A stretch of 62,240 bases of DNA from a virus (taxonomy: Duplodnaviria; Caudoviricetes). A program made the position numbers and the translations under genes. Location: IMG/VR virus record IMGVR_UViG_3300021225_000301, positions 1 to 62,240 of that record; one strand, given 5' to 3'. A model generated the notes under the pieces. That model did not search any database and was not told the origin of the DNA. It saw only the letters and a program-made list of their open reading frames with translations. Positions 43,014 to 52,977 of this stretch are shown piece after piece (the first letter of the stretch is position 1; every line of letters starts with the position of its first letter).

Positions 43014-46000
43014 ATGCCCATTTACAGCGTACAGGGTCCGGATGGACGTATTTATGATGTAGAGGGGCCTGCCGGCGCTTCTGAAGCGGCCATCCTGAAT
43101 TTTGTCCGCCGCCAGTACCTGATGTCCGCTCCGCCCGCAGCGGAGCCAAAGTCTGCTGGGTTCTCCCTTAGCGACCTGCTGACTTCCTTTGGTCAGGGCG
43201 CGGTCGGTAGTACCAAAGCACTGACTGATGTTGCCGGGGCCGGCAACGTAGCCTCCCAACAGCTAGAGCAGGCAGGCGAGGCGCTGCAACAGCGTCTGTC
43301 TCCCGCCCGGCAAGCCGAACTTCGCCGTCAACAAGAGCGCGCAAAGAAGGCCGAGGAGTCCGGCAGTACGTGGGAAGAGATCAAAGCTGCTGCCCAGTCG
43401 GTGGCAGAAGCGCCTCTGCAGTCCGCAGCGCAAGCCGTCGGCTCGTTTGTTCCTTACATTCCCACCATGTTCCTTGGCCCCGGCGCTGCCGCGTTGGGTC
43501 TCGGTGCTAGGGCAACGGCTGCTGCTACCGCTGTAGCCCGGGCGGCTCCCGCCGCTATCGGCACGGCACAAGGTGCTGGTGCGGTCAAGGGCGCTATCTA
43601 CCAGCGCGTCTACGAAGCTGAGCTGAAAGACGGCGTGCCGGAAGAACAGGCCCGTGCAAAAGCTGAAGCCGCCCAAAATTATTTCGGCCAGAACATCGAC
43701 CAGATTCTGCTGGGTGCTGGCGCTGGCTATGTTTCCGGCAAGTTTGGTGCAGAAAAACTGCTGACTCCCGGTGCCGCAGCAGCGGCAGAGCGCTCGGCCT
43801 TGGGCCGTATTGGTACCACGCTGGCGGCTGACGTTCCGACGGAAGCTTTCCAAGGCGGCCAAGAACAACTGGCAGCCAACCTAGCCCTCCAGCGAGAAGG
43901 CCGGGAGGTTCCCACGTTCCAAGGTGTTGCCGGGCAAGCTGCGCAAGAAGGTCTCATGGCCGCGCTCGGTGCCGCCCCTGTGGCTGCTATCCGTGGTCCG
44001 GGAGAAGGCCCCGCTAGGGCAGCAGAAGAAGCCGCTCGACGCGAAGCAGAAGCTAGGAAGAACGCGCCCGAAGCCTTGCTGGCGCTAGATGACAGCTACC
44101 GTGCTGCGCTGCAGCAAATGGCTGCACTGAATGCAGCCGTCAAAACCAAGCCCGGCAAAGGCGCATCCGCAGAAGAGAAGACTGCGTATGCCGAGGCAGT
44201 GCGCGCACGGGACGCGTACAACCGGGATGAGTTTCTCCCGCTCAAACGGGAGTATGAGACCCGCCGTCCGCAGATTGATGCGCTGTACGCTGAACAAACC
44301 GCTGCTACCGAGGCGCAGTTTGCCGGGCAGCCTACCGCTGCTAAGCCGCTGCCGAGCGACATCCCCGGAGCACAACCGTTTGAGACCGTGCCGCCTGTGC
44401 GGCTGATGGAACAGTATGACCAGATGCGCACGCAGTTTGGTCAGCTTGAAAACCGACTGGTTGCGGCTACGCCGGAAGAATACGCGGAGCTGTTCCCCCG
44501 GTATCAGTCTGCGCTTCAACAGCTCGATGAGCTTGGCAAGGCGGTGGAGGCCAAGGGCGGCACGACGGAGACGCTGGAGTCTCTGACGAAACTCATTGAT
44601 AAAGAAACGGCTAAGTTCAAAGAGCTGCAAGAGAAGGGCGACTTTGAAGCAGCAAAGAAACAGGCCGACAAGATTGCTGCACTGCGGGCAAAGCTGCCGA
44701 TCCTGCAAGAGAAGCAAGCCGGACAACAGCAGCGTGGCGAGACGCGCCCGCTGTTTGAAGGACTGACGCCAGCACCGGATGAGCGCGCGGCCCAAGACAT
44801 TCGCGAAGAAGAACGCAGCCGCGCTCTGTATGGCCCGGAGAGTGAGAAGGCCCGCGCCGAGCAGCAAGCCGCTCCTGCACCCGAACAAACCGAAGTCATC
44901 AAAGACACCGCCACTAGCGACATCTTCAGCGACTTCAACATCATCAACACAGCGATCCTAAACCGTGACCAAAAAGCGCTGGATGCTCTGGCGCGGGCGG
45001 CTGAGCAAAAGAAACGACAGACCGCTGATGAGGCCGCACAAGAGCGCCGTCGTCTGGCTGAAATCTTGGAGCGGCGTCTGGATGTGGCGGGCATCAAGCG
45101 TGAGCGAGCCAACCTGTTTGACGACTTGTTTGATCCCAAAGCCCGGGCTGAATTCAAGAACGGCACGTACCAAGACAAAGAGCTGCAGAAAATCTACGAC
45201 GAGCAGGGCGCTGCGGCGGTCGAGTATGAGTATGTGATGCGGCAAGTGGCGGCCTTGAAGCGCAAGGTGGAGACCCCGCAAGGCAACGCTAAGCAGTCTG
45301 TTCTTCAGCAGCTTATTGACATTGCCGCTGAGCACGAGCGCCTGCAGTCTCAGCTTGAGAGTGGGGTTGCTACCCCGACCATGGGAGAAAAGGTTGCCGA
45401 AGCCGGCGCTAAGTTTGGCAAGGGTGAGGCTCCGGCCCCTCGGCAGATGGATGCGGCTGAGAAGTACCAGCTCCGGCGCAAGATTGATTCTCTTACCAAG
45501 CGGTTTAACGCGCTGGTGACCAGCAAGGTCCAGCCCGTTCGTGAGCAGATTGAAAAGCTGCACGGGCAGCTTTACACGACGACTCCGGTGCGCAAGGCTA
45601 GTGAGATTGAAGCTGAGAAGGAAGCTAGGGCAGAAGCTGAAGCCCGCGCGCCTAAGCGGATGTCCCGTGCCGCAGCAACGGCTGCTCGGATCGGGCGGGG
45701 GGATGTCCGCAAAGAAGCCGAAGCTTCGGAGAAGATGCGCGCTCTGGCAAAAGAGCTAGGCCGCAATGAAGATGCCTACAAGAAGTTTTTGCGGGATAAC
45801 AAGAAGCGTCTCGACGCCCTTGTTGAGCGCTACGGTGCTGACGATCAAACGGTCAAAGATTTCAAGGCCATGGTGCGCGAGCAAATGGACGAGCGCGCTA
45901 TGGAAGCCGGACGCAAGACGCCCGAGTACAAGGCTACGCTGAAAGAGCAGATTGAAGTTGTTCGTGAGGCGTTGTCTCAGAGCAAACAAGAAGTTCCCAG

Positions 46001-49000
46001 TAAACGCACCGGGGCCGTCACCAAGCGGGTCAGCGCTGCGCCCCGTGAGCTGCGTGTGGCTGGCAGCCGCATGTCCCAGAAAGAGATCGAAGCCACGATC
46101 CGTGAGGCGGAAGCTAACGAGGGTGGCCCGGTCTACCGTCTGCGCGAGCGCACTGGCGAGGGCGTTGTCGATGCTGCCCAAGCCGCAGCCGCCATGGAGA
46201 AGATTCAAAAGAATCTGCCAGAGAACGTCACGCTTGTGTACGCAGCCAACCCGGGCAAGATTCCGCTCAAGCTGCTCAAGCAGATGCAAAAGGACGGAGT
46301 GGACCCTACCGACGCCATGGTGCAGGGCGCTGTGTTCAGTGACGGCACGGTCCTCGTCGTGGGCGATCAGCACGCTGACCTGCGTGATCTGGAAGAGACG
46401 GTGTTCCACGAGCTTGTGGGCCACTACGGTATTGATACCCTGATCGGTATCCCGCAGCTTCAGGCGTATGCCAACAAGACCGATCTGTACAAACTGGCCA
46501 AAGATTTGGGCGGTGACAGGCTGCTGGCCGAGATGCAAGAAGTGGCACGGGCAAACCGTGACGCAGGGCGCAGCGAAGAGATTCAAAAGCTGCAAGTGCT
46601 GCGCGAGCTTATTGCTCACACGGAAGAAGCGCGGGTCACGGAGTCGTTCCGTGAGAAGGCTGGGCGGTTTATCAAAGAGCTGGTGGGCATGGTCCGCTCT
46701 GCTCTGCGCCGCATGGGCTTTACCAACATGGCGGAGATGTCCACCTCGGACGTGTTCTACGCGCTCAAGAAGTCGCGTCAGGCTTTTGCCAACAAGACGA
46801 TTGGCCCGTACCGGGCAGCCGACGGACAGATTGCGTTCCGTTCTCGACGCGAGTCTAGCGACTACGGCATTGGCCGCCCGGCTGGATTTATTGACACGCT
46901 GCGCGGCAACATGCTGGGGCTGGCTGGTCGTGTGCAGTTCGTGGATCAATACGCCGCACTTGACGCCGCCATCAAGAAAGGTTTGAGCGCCGGGCAGATC
47001 AACTCGCTGGAAGCTACGAACGCGCAGTACCTGCTCCGGTTCGGTCAGCAGCGCAGTCAGTACGCCGGTCAGTTCATGACCAACGGTCGGGTGAAAGCGG
47101 AGACTACCCGAGAAGGCGGTGTTACCAAGACTTTGTACCGCAGCACCAAAGGCGTCAACTTGATTGACGTGGCCCAAGCGCTGCACAAAGCCAAGCTGGG
47201 TAACGACACCGAACAGGAAGACATGTTCACCCTGTATCTGGCGGGCAAACGCGCTAACCAAGTTGGTTGGGCGAAGCTGAACTTTGACAAACCTGCGGAG
47301 ATGCAAGCCAAGTACAACGAAGTGCTGGCTAAGCTGGAAGCGAACCCCACCGCAAAAGCGGCGTTCAAAGAGGCCGCCGACCTGTACCAGCAGTACAACG
47401 CCGGATTGCTGGACTTCCTTGTGGAGACGGGCGCACTGTCGGCAAGGAAAGCTGCGGAGCTAAAGGCCATCACCTACGTGCCGTTCTACCGCATCAACAG
47501 CAACGGCGAAGTGCAACTGATGATCGACAAAGAGCATCCGGTGCGCATCTCTAACATCAGGGACGAGCCGCATCTGAGAGAACTGGTGGGCGGAAACACG
47601 TCAATCCTGCCGGTCTTCACTAGCGCTGCGCAGAACACGTTCATGATCACGGGTCTGGGCCTGCGTAATCAGGCTGTTAAAGAGACGGCGTTCATGCTGC
47701 GCAAGATTGGGATTGCCAGCCGTGTTGCTCCGGGCAAAGGCCCGGCCAGTGCCGACGTGGTCCGCTTCAAGAAAAACGGCGAAGACCACTACGTCCTGAT
47801 CGACACGGACATGTACGGCATCCCTGCCGAGCTGATCGTCAAAGGTATGGAGGGTATCAAAACGACGATGCCCGCCGCTATCCAACTGATGGGCTATCCG
47901 GCGGATATTCTGCGCAAGTTTGTGACGCGCAACCCTGTGTACGCCATTCGGCAGGTTGTGCGTGATCCGCTGAACGCTTGGATGACTACCGGCACGGACG
48001 CCATCCCGGTACTGAGTTCTTTCAAAGAGCTTGGCAAGATGGTGGCTGGGCGCAGCGACGTTGAGAAGACGCTCATGGAGACCGGCGCTATCAGCAGCAA
48101 CGTGTTCTCTGGCAACGAGCGCGACATGCAAAAGTTTATTGCTGACATTGCCGCCGGCAAGTCGGGCTGGGCTAAAGCGGTTGCCAAACTGGACGCGCTG
48201 GCTATGCAAGGCGACGCTGCTACCCGCGCTGTGGTTTACAAGGACTCGCTGGCTAAGGGAATGTCGGAGCAAGAGGCGCTGCTGCGTACGCTGGAGTCCA
48301 TGAACTTTAGCCGCCGTGGCGTGTCGCCCAGCATGCAAGCGCTGTCTACCATCATCCCGTTCTTCAACGCTCAGATTCAGGGCTTGGACGTGCTGTACCG
48401 GGCGTACACGGGGCAGATGCCGTTTAGTGAACAGCTCAAGATCAAGCAGAAAATGCTGGCTCGGGGCATGATGATGGCTGCAGGCACGCTGGCATACGCG
48501 GCTCTTATGGGCGACGATGAAGCGTACAAGCGTGCCAAACCCGAAGAGCGCTACGGCAACTGGTTTGTGTACGTGCCCGGCATCGACGAGCCTGTGCGTG
48601 TGCCGATCCCGTTTGAATTGGGCTACCTGTTTAAGGCTTTGCCTGAGGCGCTGTACAACATTGCTGCCAACGACGAGAAAAGCAGCAAGGCGATGGGCGG
48701 GTTTTTCAAACTCGTGGCGCAGACCAACCCGTTCAGCCTGCCGCAAGCAGTCAAGCCGGTCGTCGAAGTGGCGCTGGGCAAGTCGTTCTTTGCAGGCGAC
48801 ATCGAGTCTGCCCGCGAGAAACAACTCCTGCCGCAAGAGCGCTACCGTGAGAACACCACGGAATTGGCTAAGCTGCTGGGCAGCGTCACGGCCAGCGAGA
48901 CGGTTAGGAAACTGACTGGCAAGGAAGGCATCACGCCCATCGAGATCGACTACCTGATCCGTGGCTACACGGGCGGTCTGGGCGTCGCGGTGGTGCAGCT

Positions 49001-49436
49001 TGCCAACCCGATACTGAACACCGAGATGTCGGCAGAGGTTGCTAAGCCCTCGCTTAAGGCCAGCAAGACGCCGTTCATCGGGGGTCTGTTCCAGCCGGTC
49101 GAGGGCCGGGGCACGCTGGACGAAGCCTACGACGCCATGGAGCGGACCAAGCAAGCCAAGGCTACGTTCAACAAAATCCTTGAGCGTGGCGATAGGGCAG
49201 AGGCGCTGGCGTTCGCACAGGAATACTCTGCCGAACTGGCTGCCGCATCCACGGCAGGCAAGGTGCAGAAGTATCTGGGCGAGCTGGCCAAGCAAGAGCG
49301 CATCATCCGCGCCAGCCCGACGCTGACCACCGAGCAGAAAGACCTGCGACTCAAGCAGTTGGATCAGGCGAAGGTGGCGTTGGCTCGGCAGTATGTCGCA
49401 CTTGCTGAGGCTTCCGAAAGAACCAAACCCCGGTAG
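43014..49436 (+). CDS. Large polyvalent internal protein, 2140 aa, with zincin-like motif and LPD38-like C-terminus
   Basis: VFHELVGHYG (HExxxH), YVPFYR, IPFFNAQIQG, RVPIPFELG, IDYLIRGYTGGLG. Confidence 0.8.
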   Translation: MPIYSVQGPDGRIYDVEGPAGASEAAILNFVRRQYLMSAPPAAEPKSAGFSLSDLLTSFGQGAVGSTKALTDVAGAGNVASQQLEQAGEALQQRLSPARQAELRRQQERAKKAEESGSTWEEIKAAAQSVAEAPLQSAAQAVGSFVPYIPTMFLGPGAAALGLGARATAAATAVARAAPAAIGTAQGAGAVKGAIYQRVYEAELKDGVPEEQARAKAEAAQNYFGQNIDQILLGAGAGYVSGKFGAEKLLTPGAAAAAERSALGRIGTTLAADVPTEAFQGGQEQLAANLALQREGREVPTFQGVAGQAAQEGLMAALGAAPVAAIRGPGEGPARAAEEAARREAEARKNAPEALLALDDSYRAALQQMAALNAAVKTKPGKGASAEEKTAYAEAVRARDAYNRDEFLPLKREYETRRPQIDALYAEQTAATEAQFAGQPTAAKPLPSDIPGAQPFETVPPVRLMEQYDQMRTQFGQLENRLVAATPEEYAELFPRYQSALQQLDELGKAVEAKGGTTETLESLTKLIDKETAKFKELQEKGDFEAAKKQADKIAALRAKLPILQEKQAGQQQRGETRPLFEGLTPAPDERAAQDIREEERSRALYGPESEKARAEQQAAPAPEQTEVIKDTATSDIFSDFNIINTAILNRDQKALDALARAAEQKKRQTADEAAQERRRLAEILERRLDVAGIKRERANLFDDLFDPKARAEFKNGTYQDKELQKIYDEQGAAAVEYEYVMRQVAALKRKVETPQGNAKQSVLQQLIDIAAEHERLQSQLESGVATPTMGEKVAEAGAKFGKGEAPAPRQMDAAEKYQLRRKIDSLTKRFNALVTSKVQPVREQIEKLHGQLYTTTPVRKASEIEAEKEARAEAEARAPKRMSRAAATAARIGRGDVRKEAEASEKMRALAKELGRNEDAYKKFLRDNKKRLDALVERYGADDQTVKDFKAMVREQMDERAMEAGRKTPEYKATLKEQIEVVREALSQSKQEVPSKRTGAVTKRVSAAPRELRVAGSRMSQKEIEATIREAEANEGGPVYRLRERTGEGVVDAAQAAAAMEKIQKNLPENVTLVYAANPGKIPLKLLKQMQKDGVDPTDAMVQGAVFSDGTVLVVGDQHADLRDLEETVFHELVGHYGIDTLIGIPQLQAYANKTDLYKLAKDLGGDRLLAEMQEVARANRDAGRSEEIQKLQVLRELIAHTEEARVTESFREKAGRFIKELVGMVRSALRRMGFTNMAEMSTSDVFYALKKSRQAFANKTIGPYRAADGQIAFRSRRESSDYGIGRPAGFIDTLRGNMLGLAGRVQFVDQYAALDAAIKKGLSAGQINSLEATNAQYLLRFGQQRSQYAGQFMTNGRVKAETTREGGVTKTLYRSTKGVNLIDVAQALHKAKLGNDTEQEDMFTLYLAGKRANQVGWAKLNFDKPAEMQAKYNEVLAKLEANPTAKAAFKEAADLYQQYNAGLLDFLVETGALSARKAAELKAITYVPFYRINSNGEVQLMIDKEHPVRISNIRDEPHLRELVGGNTSILPVFTSAAQNTFMITGLGLRNQAVKETAFMLRKIGIASRVAPGKGPASADVVRFKKNGEDHYVLIDTDMYGIPAELIVKGMEGIKTTMPAAIQLMGYPADILRKFVTRNPVYAIRQVVRDPLNAWMTTGTDAIPVLSSFKELGKMVAGRSDVEKTLMETGAISSNVFSGNERDMQKFIADIAAGKSGWAKAVAKLDALAMQGDAATRAVVYKDSLAKGMSEQEALLRTLESMNFSRRGVSPSMQALSTIIPFFNAQIQGLDVLYRAYTGQMPFSEQLKIKQKMLARGMMMAAGTLAYAALMGDDEAYKRAKPEERYGNWFVYVPGIDEPVRVPIPFELGYLFKALPEALYNIAANDEKSSKAMGGFFKLVAQTNPFSLPQAVKPVVEVALGKSFFAGDIESAREKQLLPQERYRENTTELAKLLGSVTASETVRKLTGKEGITPIEIDYLIRGYTGGLGVAVVQLANPILNTEMSAEVAKPSLKASKTPFIGGLFQPVEGRGTLDEAYDAMERTKQAKATFNKILERGDRAEALAFAQEYSAELAAASTAGKVQKYLGELAKQERIIRASPTLTTEQKDLRLKQLDQAKVALARQYVALAEASERTKPR

Positions 49437-49599
49437 CGCCGTCCTTGATGCCGGGTATGGCATGCGCATCCAGTATGCGCATGCTGACCGCTTTGATCAG
49501 CCCATACTCCCGCATCTTTTCAAAGTCGAGGCAGGGGACAAAGAACCCCTGCCCCTTCTCAAGCCGCTTCCAAGGAAGGCGGATTCTGGAGTAGTTCAT
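49351..49599 (-). CDS. Small hypothetical protein (LPW..LE.GQGFFVP...GVWFFR)
   Basis: Overlaps the 3' ends of the primase and polyvalent genes. Confidence 0.6.
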   Translation of the reverse strand: MNYSRIRLPWKRLEKGQGFFVPCLDFEKMREYGLIKAVSMRILDAHAIPGIKDGATGVWFFRKPQQVRHTAEPTPPSPDPTA

Positions 49600-52492
49600 C
49601 CACATCCTCTGCCCGGCGGCGCACTTTGAGCGCTTGCACGCGCATCGGCGGGGCCTTGGTCTTGGCGGTCATGTCCTTCTTTACGAACTCCACCATGATG
49701 TTGTTGGTCTCCGCCAGCTTCTTGCAAAACGCCGCATAGCCGAAACTGTGCGCGGCGCAGTGGGCCTTCATCATCTGCTCCTCGATAAAGAAGTCGCAGT
49801 AGCCCGGCGTGATGTTGTGCTCTACACGCCCAGAGATGGATGAGCGGGTGATACTCTCGTCCGCCTCCCGACCCATGCCAAACTCAGTCATCAGAGCGTT
49901 GCTCTGCGCATGACGGCGCACAACCAGCAGCTTGCCGAAATTCTCACTGATGAACGAGTTAAGCACATGCTCTGCAGTCCGGGCGTTGGTACGCATGGAC
50001 TTGCGCATGAAGGCCACCACATCCTTGTAGGCACCGAGAATCTCTTTGAGCGGCAGATCGACGATGCCGATGTACTTCTGGCTCCACAGCACCCCGGCGG
50101 TCACGGCGCAGCCGATGCCAGCCATCCAGAAGCGCTCGTCGTTGGTGGCGTTGAACACTTTGTACATCCGCTGCACGGTCTCGTTGGTCAACTCAGGCAG
50201 CAGCTCCTCGTTTTCCACCATGTAGTCCGCCATCATGTAGCCCGCCACGCCGTAGTTATGGTGCAGGCTCTTGATGATCTCGACCTCGGCAGAAGTCCAC
50301 GACAGCGGGTCTTCGATGATGTACTCCAGCAGCCGGCGCAGCTCACCCTCGGAGGAATGCTTGCGCACGCCAGTCAGCCAGTCCACGCCGTGCGTGTTGG
50401 ATGACAGCATCGCGATGGTGAACCACGTCGATAGGTTCAGGCGTTCTTTGTTCGCGCCAGACTCCATCCGCTCCTTGCCCTTGCCTTCCGACATATCCAG
50501 TAGGAAGCCGGGGAACCACTCAAAGTCCTTGCGGTTGTTGTTCGTGATCTCATCCGAGATCATCGGTAGGCAGTGCAGCAGACCCAGCCTTTGCTGCATC
50601 GCAACAGTGGACGTGGACTTGCCCGTGCGGTAGCGAGCCGGGTGCCCCCAGACCGAGGCCGCCAGCTCCAGTGCCAGCGACTTGCCCGTGCCGGACTCCG
50701 TGGAGGCGCAGTGAACTGTCATACCGGCCAGCCCGGTGTAGCGCATCAGTGGCGCGCCAGCGCCCAGCAGCAAGATGGACAGGTGCCTGTACATCTTCTT
50801 GTCGATCAGCATGCTGATGATGGTGCGCCAGCCCTCGATGGTGCCCTTGGGTTGAGTCGCCGAGACGATGTTCTCCAGCCCCGGGATCGGCACCTTGATT
50901 GGGGGTTTACCCTTAGAGAAGATGCGTCCCGCAAACACGAAGTTCTTGTCGGGCTGCCAGCCGTAGTTGTCCGGAACGGTGAGCGCCTTCTTCTCCAAGC
51001 CGGCCTTCTCGACGCAGGCGCGGACGTAAGCAAACAGGTTCTGGTCGTTGCCTTGGCCAAAGCTGGCGATGATGTTCTGCTGGGCTAGCGATTTGACCGT
51101 CTCTTCTCTGGAGACAATCGCCCGGGCCGGCACCAAGATGTCTGTCGCACCCTCGGGACGCAGCGCCATCATGTGCACAGTGTGCTCGCCATGGGCGTTG
51201 AGGATGTCCACCACGAACAGGTCGTAGGGCAGCAGCATGACGGGCTTCTTGGTCTTGGAGCCGTCGGCCATCTCGACCTCACGCTCCTGATACACGCCGC
51301 CTTTGTCGCCGTAGGCGTAGCCTTTGGGCGGTACCGGGCGCTTGATCGGTGCTGGCTCCGTCACCGTGCTCAAGTCCTCGAACTCTTGCAGGATTTCTTT
51401 CTCTTCCGTATTGACGTGAACCTCACGTCCCAGCGCCAGCGGGTTGGTGATCTTGCCCCACTGTGGGCATTTGGTGCACAGGCCGGGGTTCTCGGAGTCG
51501 AACTTGATGCAGGGGTAGGGGCCTTTGATCTCGCGAAGCTTTTGCTCCATCCGCTCGTTGGTGTACGGGTGAAGCTTGGTCAGCCACACGACAGCCTTGG
51601 AGCCGTCCTCACACTTCTGGGCAATCGACAGCCAGCCACGCCACAGCGGCTCCATGCCGTCGTCTTCCGCGTTCTCGATGAAGTGCTCAAGCTGGGCGCA
51701 ACCCGACCCAGACTGGGTGGCCTTGACGATGTTCTTGAATTTCGTTGAGCTGTTCTCAAACAGCTTCACGCTAGTGGCCGTCGGAGCTGCGGTGGGGCGG
51801 GTGCCCGGCAGCTCGATCACATTGCTCGGTGCCGTCACCGCAGGCGTACCGCCCGCGCCCAACTGGCCACGGATAGCTTCGCCAAGGATGTCGAAGTCGA
51901 ACAGCACGCCCTCTTCCAGTATCCGCACCGGACGCGGCTCCGAGTATTCCGGCTTGAAGTTGAGCGTGTCCGGGTAGCGCAGCACGCGGGCGGCATCTGC
52001 CGTCACCGTCATGTCGATCTTCAGGCCCTCTTGCTTGCACAGGCGCTTGAAGTTCTCCGCCAGCGGCTTCCACGTCGTGATGTCCTGCGTCTCGGTCAGG
52101 GGCCAGTAGACGTGATACCCACCGCCCGAGTCCACGATGTAGGGCTTGCCAAGTTCGTGCAGCCCGGTCTTTTGCATGAAGGAGGTGAACGCCTCCATGC
52201 CTTCTTCTTTGGTGCCGTAGGTCTTGGGACCGTCTTTGTTGCAGTCGATGTCTGCGAACAGCGCCTTGATGTGCCGTGCGTTCTCAGCGATGCGCGAACC
52301 CGCCTTCTCAAACGTTGCCAGCGCAAAGTACGTGTTGTACTTGTCCTCGACCCAAGCGTCTACGTGTTGTTGCAGGTCTTCATATTTCTCCTCGAACTTG
52401 TGCTCTTTTCGTTTTGTGGTCAGCTCGACCGCGCAATACAACCCGTGACCGGGTGGCGGCAGAACCACCGCGAAGAACTCTTGCGGTGTCAT
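49559..52492 (-). CDS. Primase-helicase (RepB/AEP-like primase, Cys-rich linker, DUF927, P-loop ATPase)
   Basis: FADID, DSGGGYHVYW, DAARVLR, C.KC, YGW, ESGTGKS, SDE, SSN. Confidence 0.88.
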   Translation of the reverse strand: MTPQEFFAVVLPPPGHGLYCAVELTTKRKEHKFEEKYEDLQQHVDAWVEDKYNTYFALATFEKAGSRIAENARHIKALFADIDCNKDGPKTYGTKEEGMEAFTSFMQKTGLHELGKPYIVDSGGGYHVYWPLTETQDITTWKPLAENFKRLCKQEGLKIDMTVTADAARVLRYPDTLNFKPEYSEPRPVRILEEGVLFDFDILGEAIRGQLGAGGTPAVTAPSNVIELPGTRPTAAPTATSVKLFENSSTKFKNIVKATQSGSGCAQLEHFIENAEDDGMEPLWRGWLSIAQKCEDGSKAVVWLTKLHPYTNERMEQKLREIKGPYPCIKFDSENPGLCTKCPQWGKITNPLALGREVHVNTEEKEILQEFEDLSTVTEPAPIKRPVPPKGYAYGDKGGVYQEREVEMADGSKTKKPVMLLPYDLFVVDILNAHGEHTVHMMALRPEGATDILVPARAIVSREETVKSLAQQNIIASFGQGNDQNLFAYVRACVEKAGLEKKALTVPDNYGWQPDKNFVFAGRIFSKGKPPIKVPIPGLENIVSATQPKGTIEGWRTIISMLIDKKMYRHLSILLLGAGAPLMRYTGLAGMTVHCASTESGTGKSLALELAASVWGHPARYRTGKSTSTVAMQQRLGLLHCLPMISDEITNNNRKDFEWFPGFLLDMSEGKGKERMESGANKERLNLSTWFTIAMLSSNTHGVDWLTGVRKHSSEGELRRLLEYIIEDPLSWTSAEVEIIKSLHHNYGVAGYMMADYMVENEELLPELTNETVQRMYKVFNATNDERFWMAGIGCAVTAGVLWSQKYIGIVDLPLKEILGAYKDVVAFMRKSMRTNARTAEHVLNSFISENFGKLLVVRRHAQSNALMTEFGMGREADESITRSSISGRVEHNITPGYCDFFIEEQMMKAHCAAHSFGYAAFCKKLAETNNIMVEFVKKDMTAKTKAPPMRVQALKVRRRAEDVDELLQNPPSLEAA

Positions 52493-52510
52493 TCGGATTC
52501 CCGGTGAGGT

Positions 52511-52690
52511 TTATAGCTGGTCGAACAGGTTGAGTTGGCGGGGGTCGTCGGCGCGGTTGGGTTCATCAAAGTTTTTGGCGAACGCTTTGCTGAGTTGCTC
52601 AGCCCATTCCGTGGGCAGCGCGCCGGCCTGCAAGTAGGCGTAGCGCTCCAGCTCTTCGTCGCTTAGGGATTGAGGTTGTATTCCCGGCAT
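52511..52690 (-). CDS. Small hypothetical protein (...DPRQLNLF)
   Basis: Internal ATG of ORF 52511..52702 after GGAG. Confidence 0.55.
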   Translation of the reverse strand: MPGIQPQSLSDEELERYAYLQAGALPTEWAEQLSKAFAKNFDEPNRADDPRQLNLFDQL

Positions 52691-52941
52691 ATCGTTCTCC
52701 AAGCCTCGTCGGCGTTTGCTGATGTTTGTAGGATTTTGAGAAGGAACTCGGCGCGATCTCGATAGCCGACGAACACTTCAGTGCCCGTGAACCAGTTGTA
52801 GACCGTCTGCCGGGTTACTCCCAAAGCTGTGGCAATTTTGGTCACGGGGAAGTCATGATAGACCGCCCAGCGCCCGAGCTGGTTACCCAGCGACTTGGGC
52901 GTCTTCGCAACCGCGTCGATAATTTTTTGTGAGTAAGCCAT
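52663..52941 (-). CDS. HTH (Cro/XRE-like) transcription regulator
   Basis: VTKIATALGVTRQTVYNWFTG. Confidence 0.85.
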   Translation of the reverse strand: MAYSQKIIDAVAKTPKSLGNQLGRWAVYHDFPVTKIATALGVTRQTVYNWFTGTEVFVGYRDRAEFLLKILQTSANADEAWRTICREYNLNP

Positions 52942-52977
52942 TTGTTTAGGTGGGGCGGCTTGCGCCGCCCCTGTGTC

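Noticed and set aside
52952-52971. GC hairpin after the SSB gene (and the UUCG hairpin at 5063-5078) as terminators
   Set aside because: No U-tract on the coding strand; more likely stabilising or processing hairpins.
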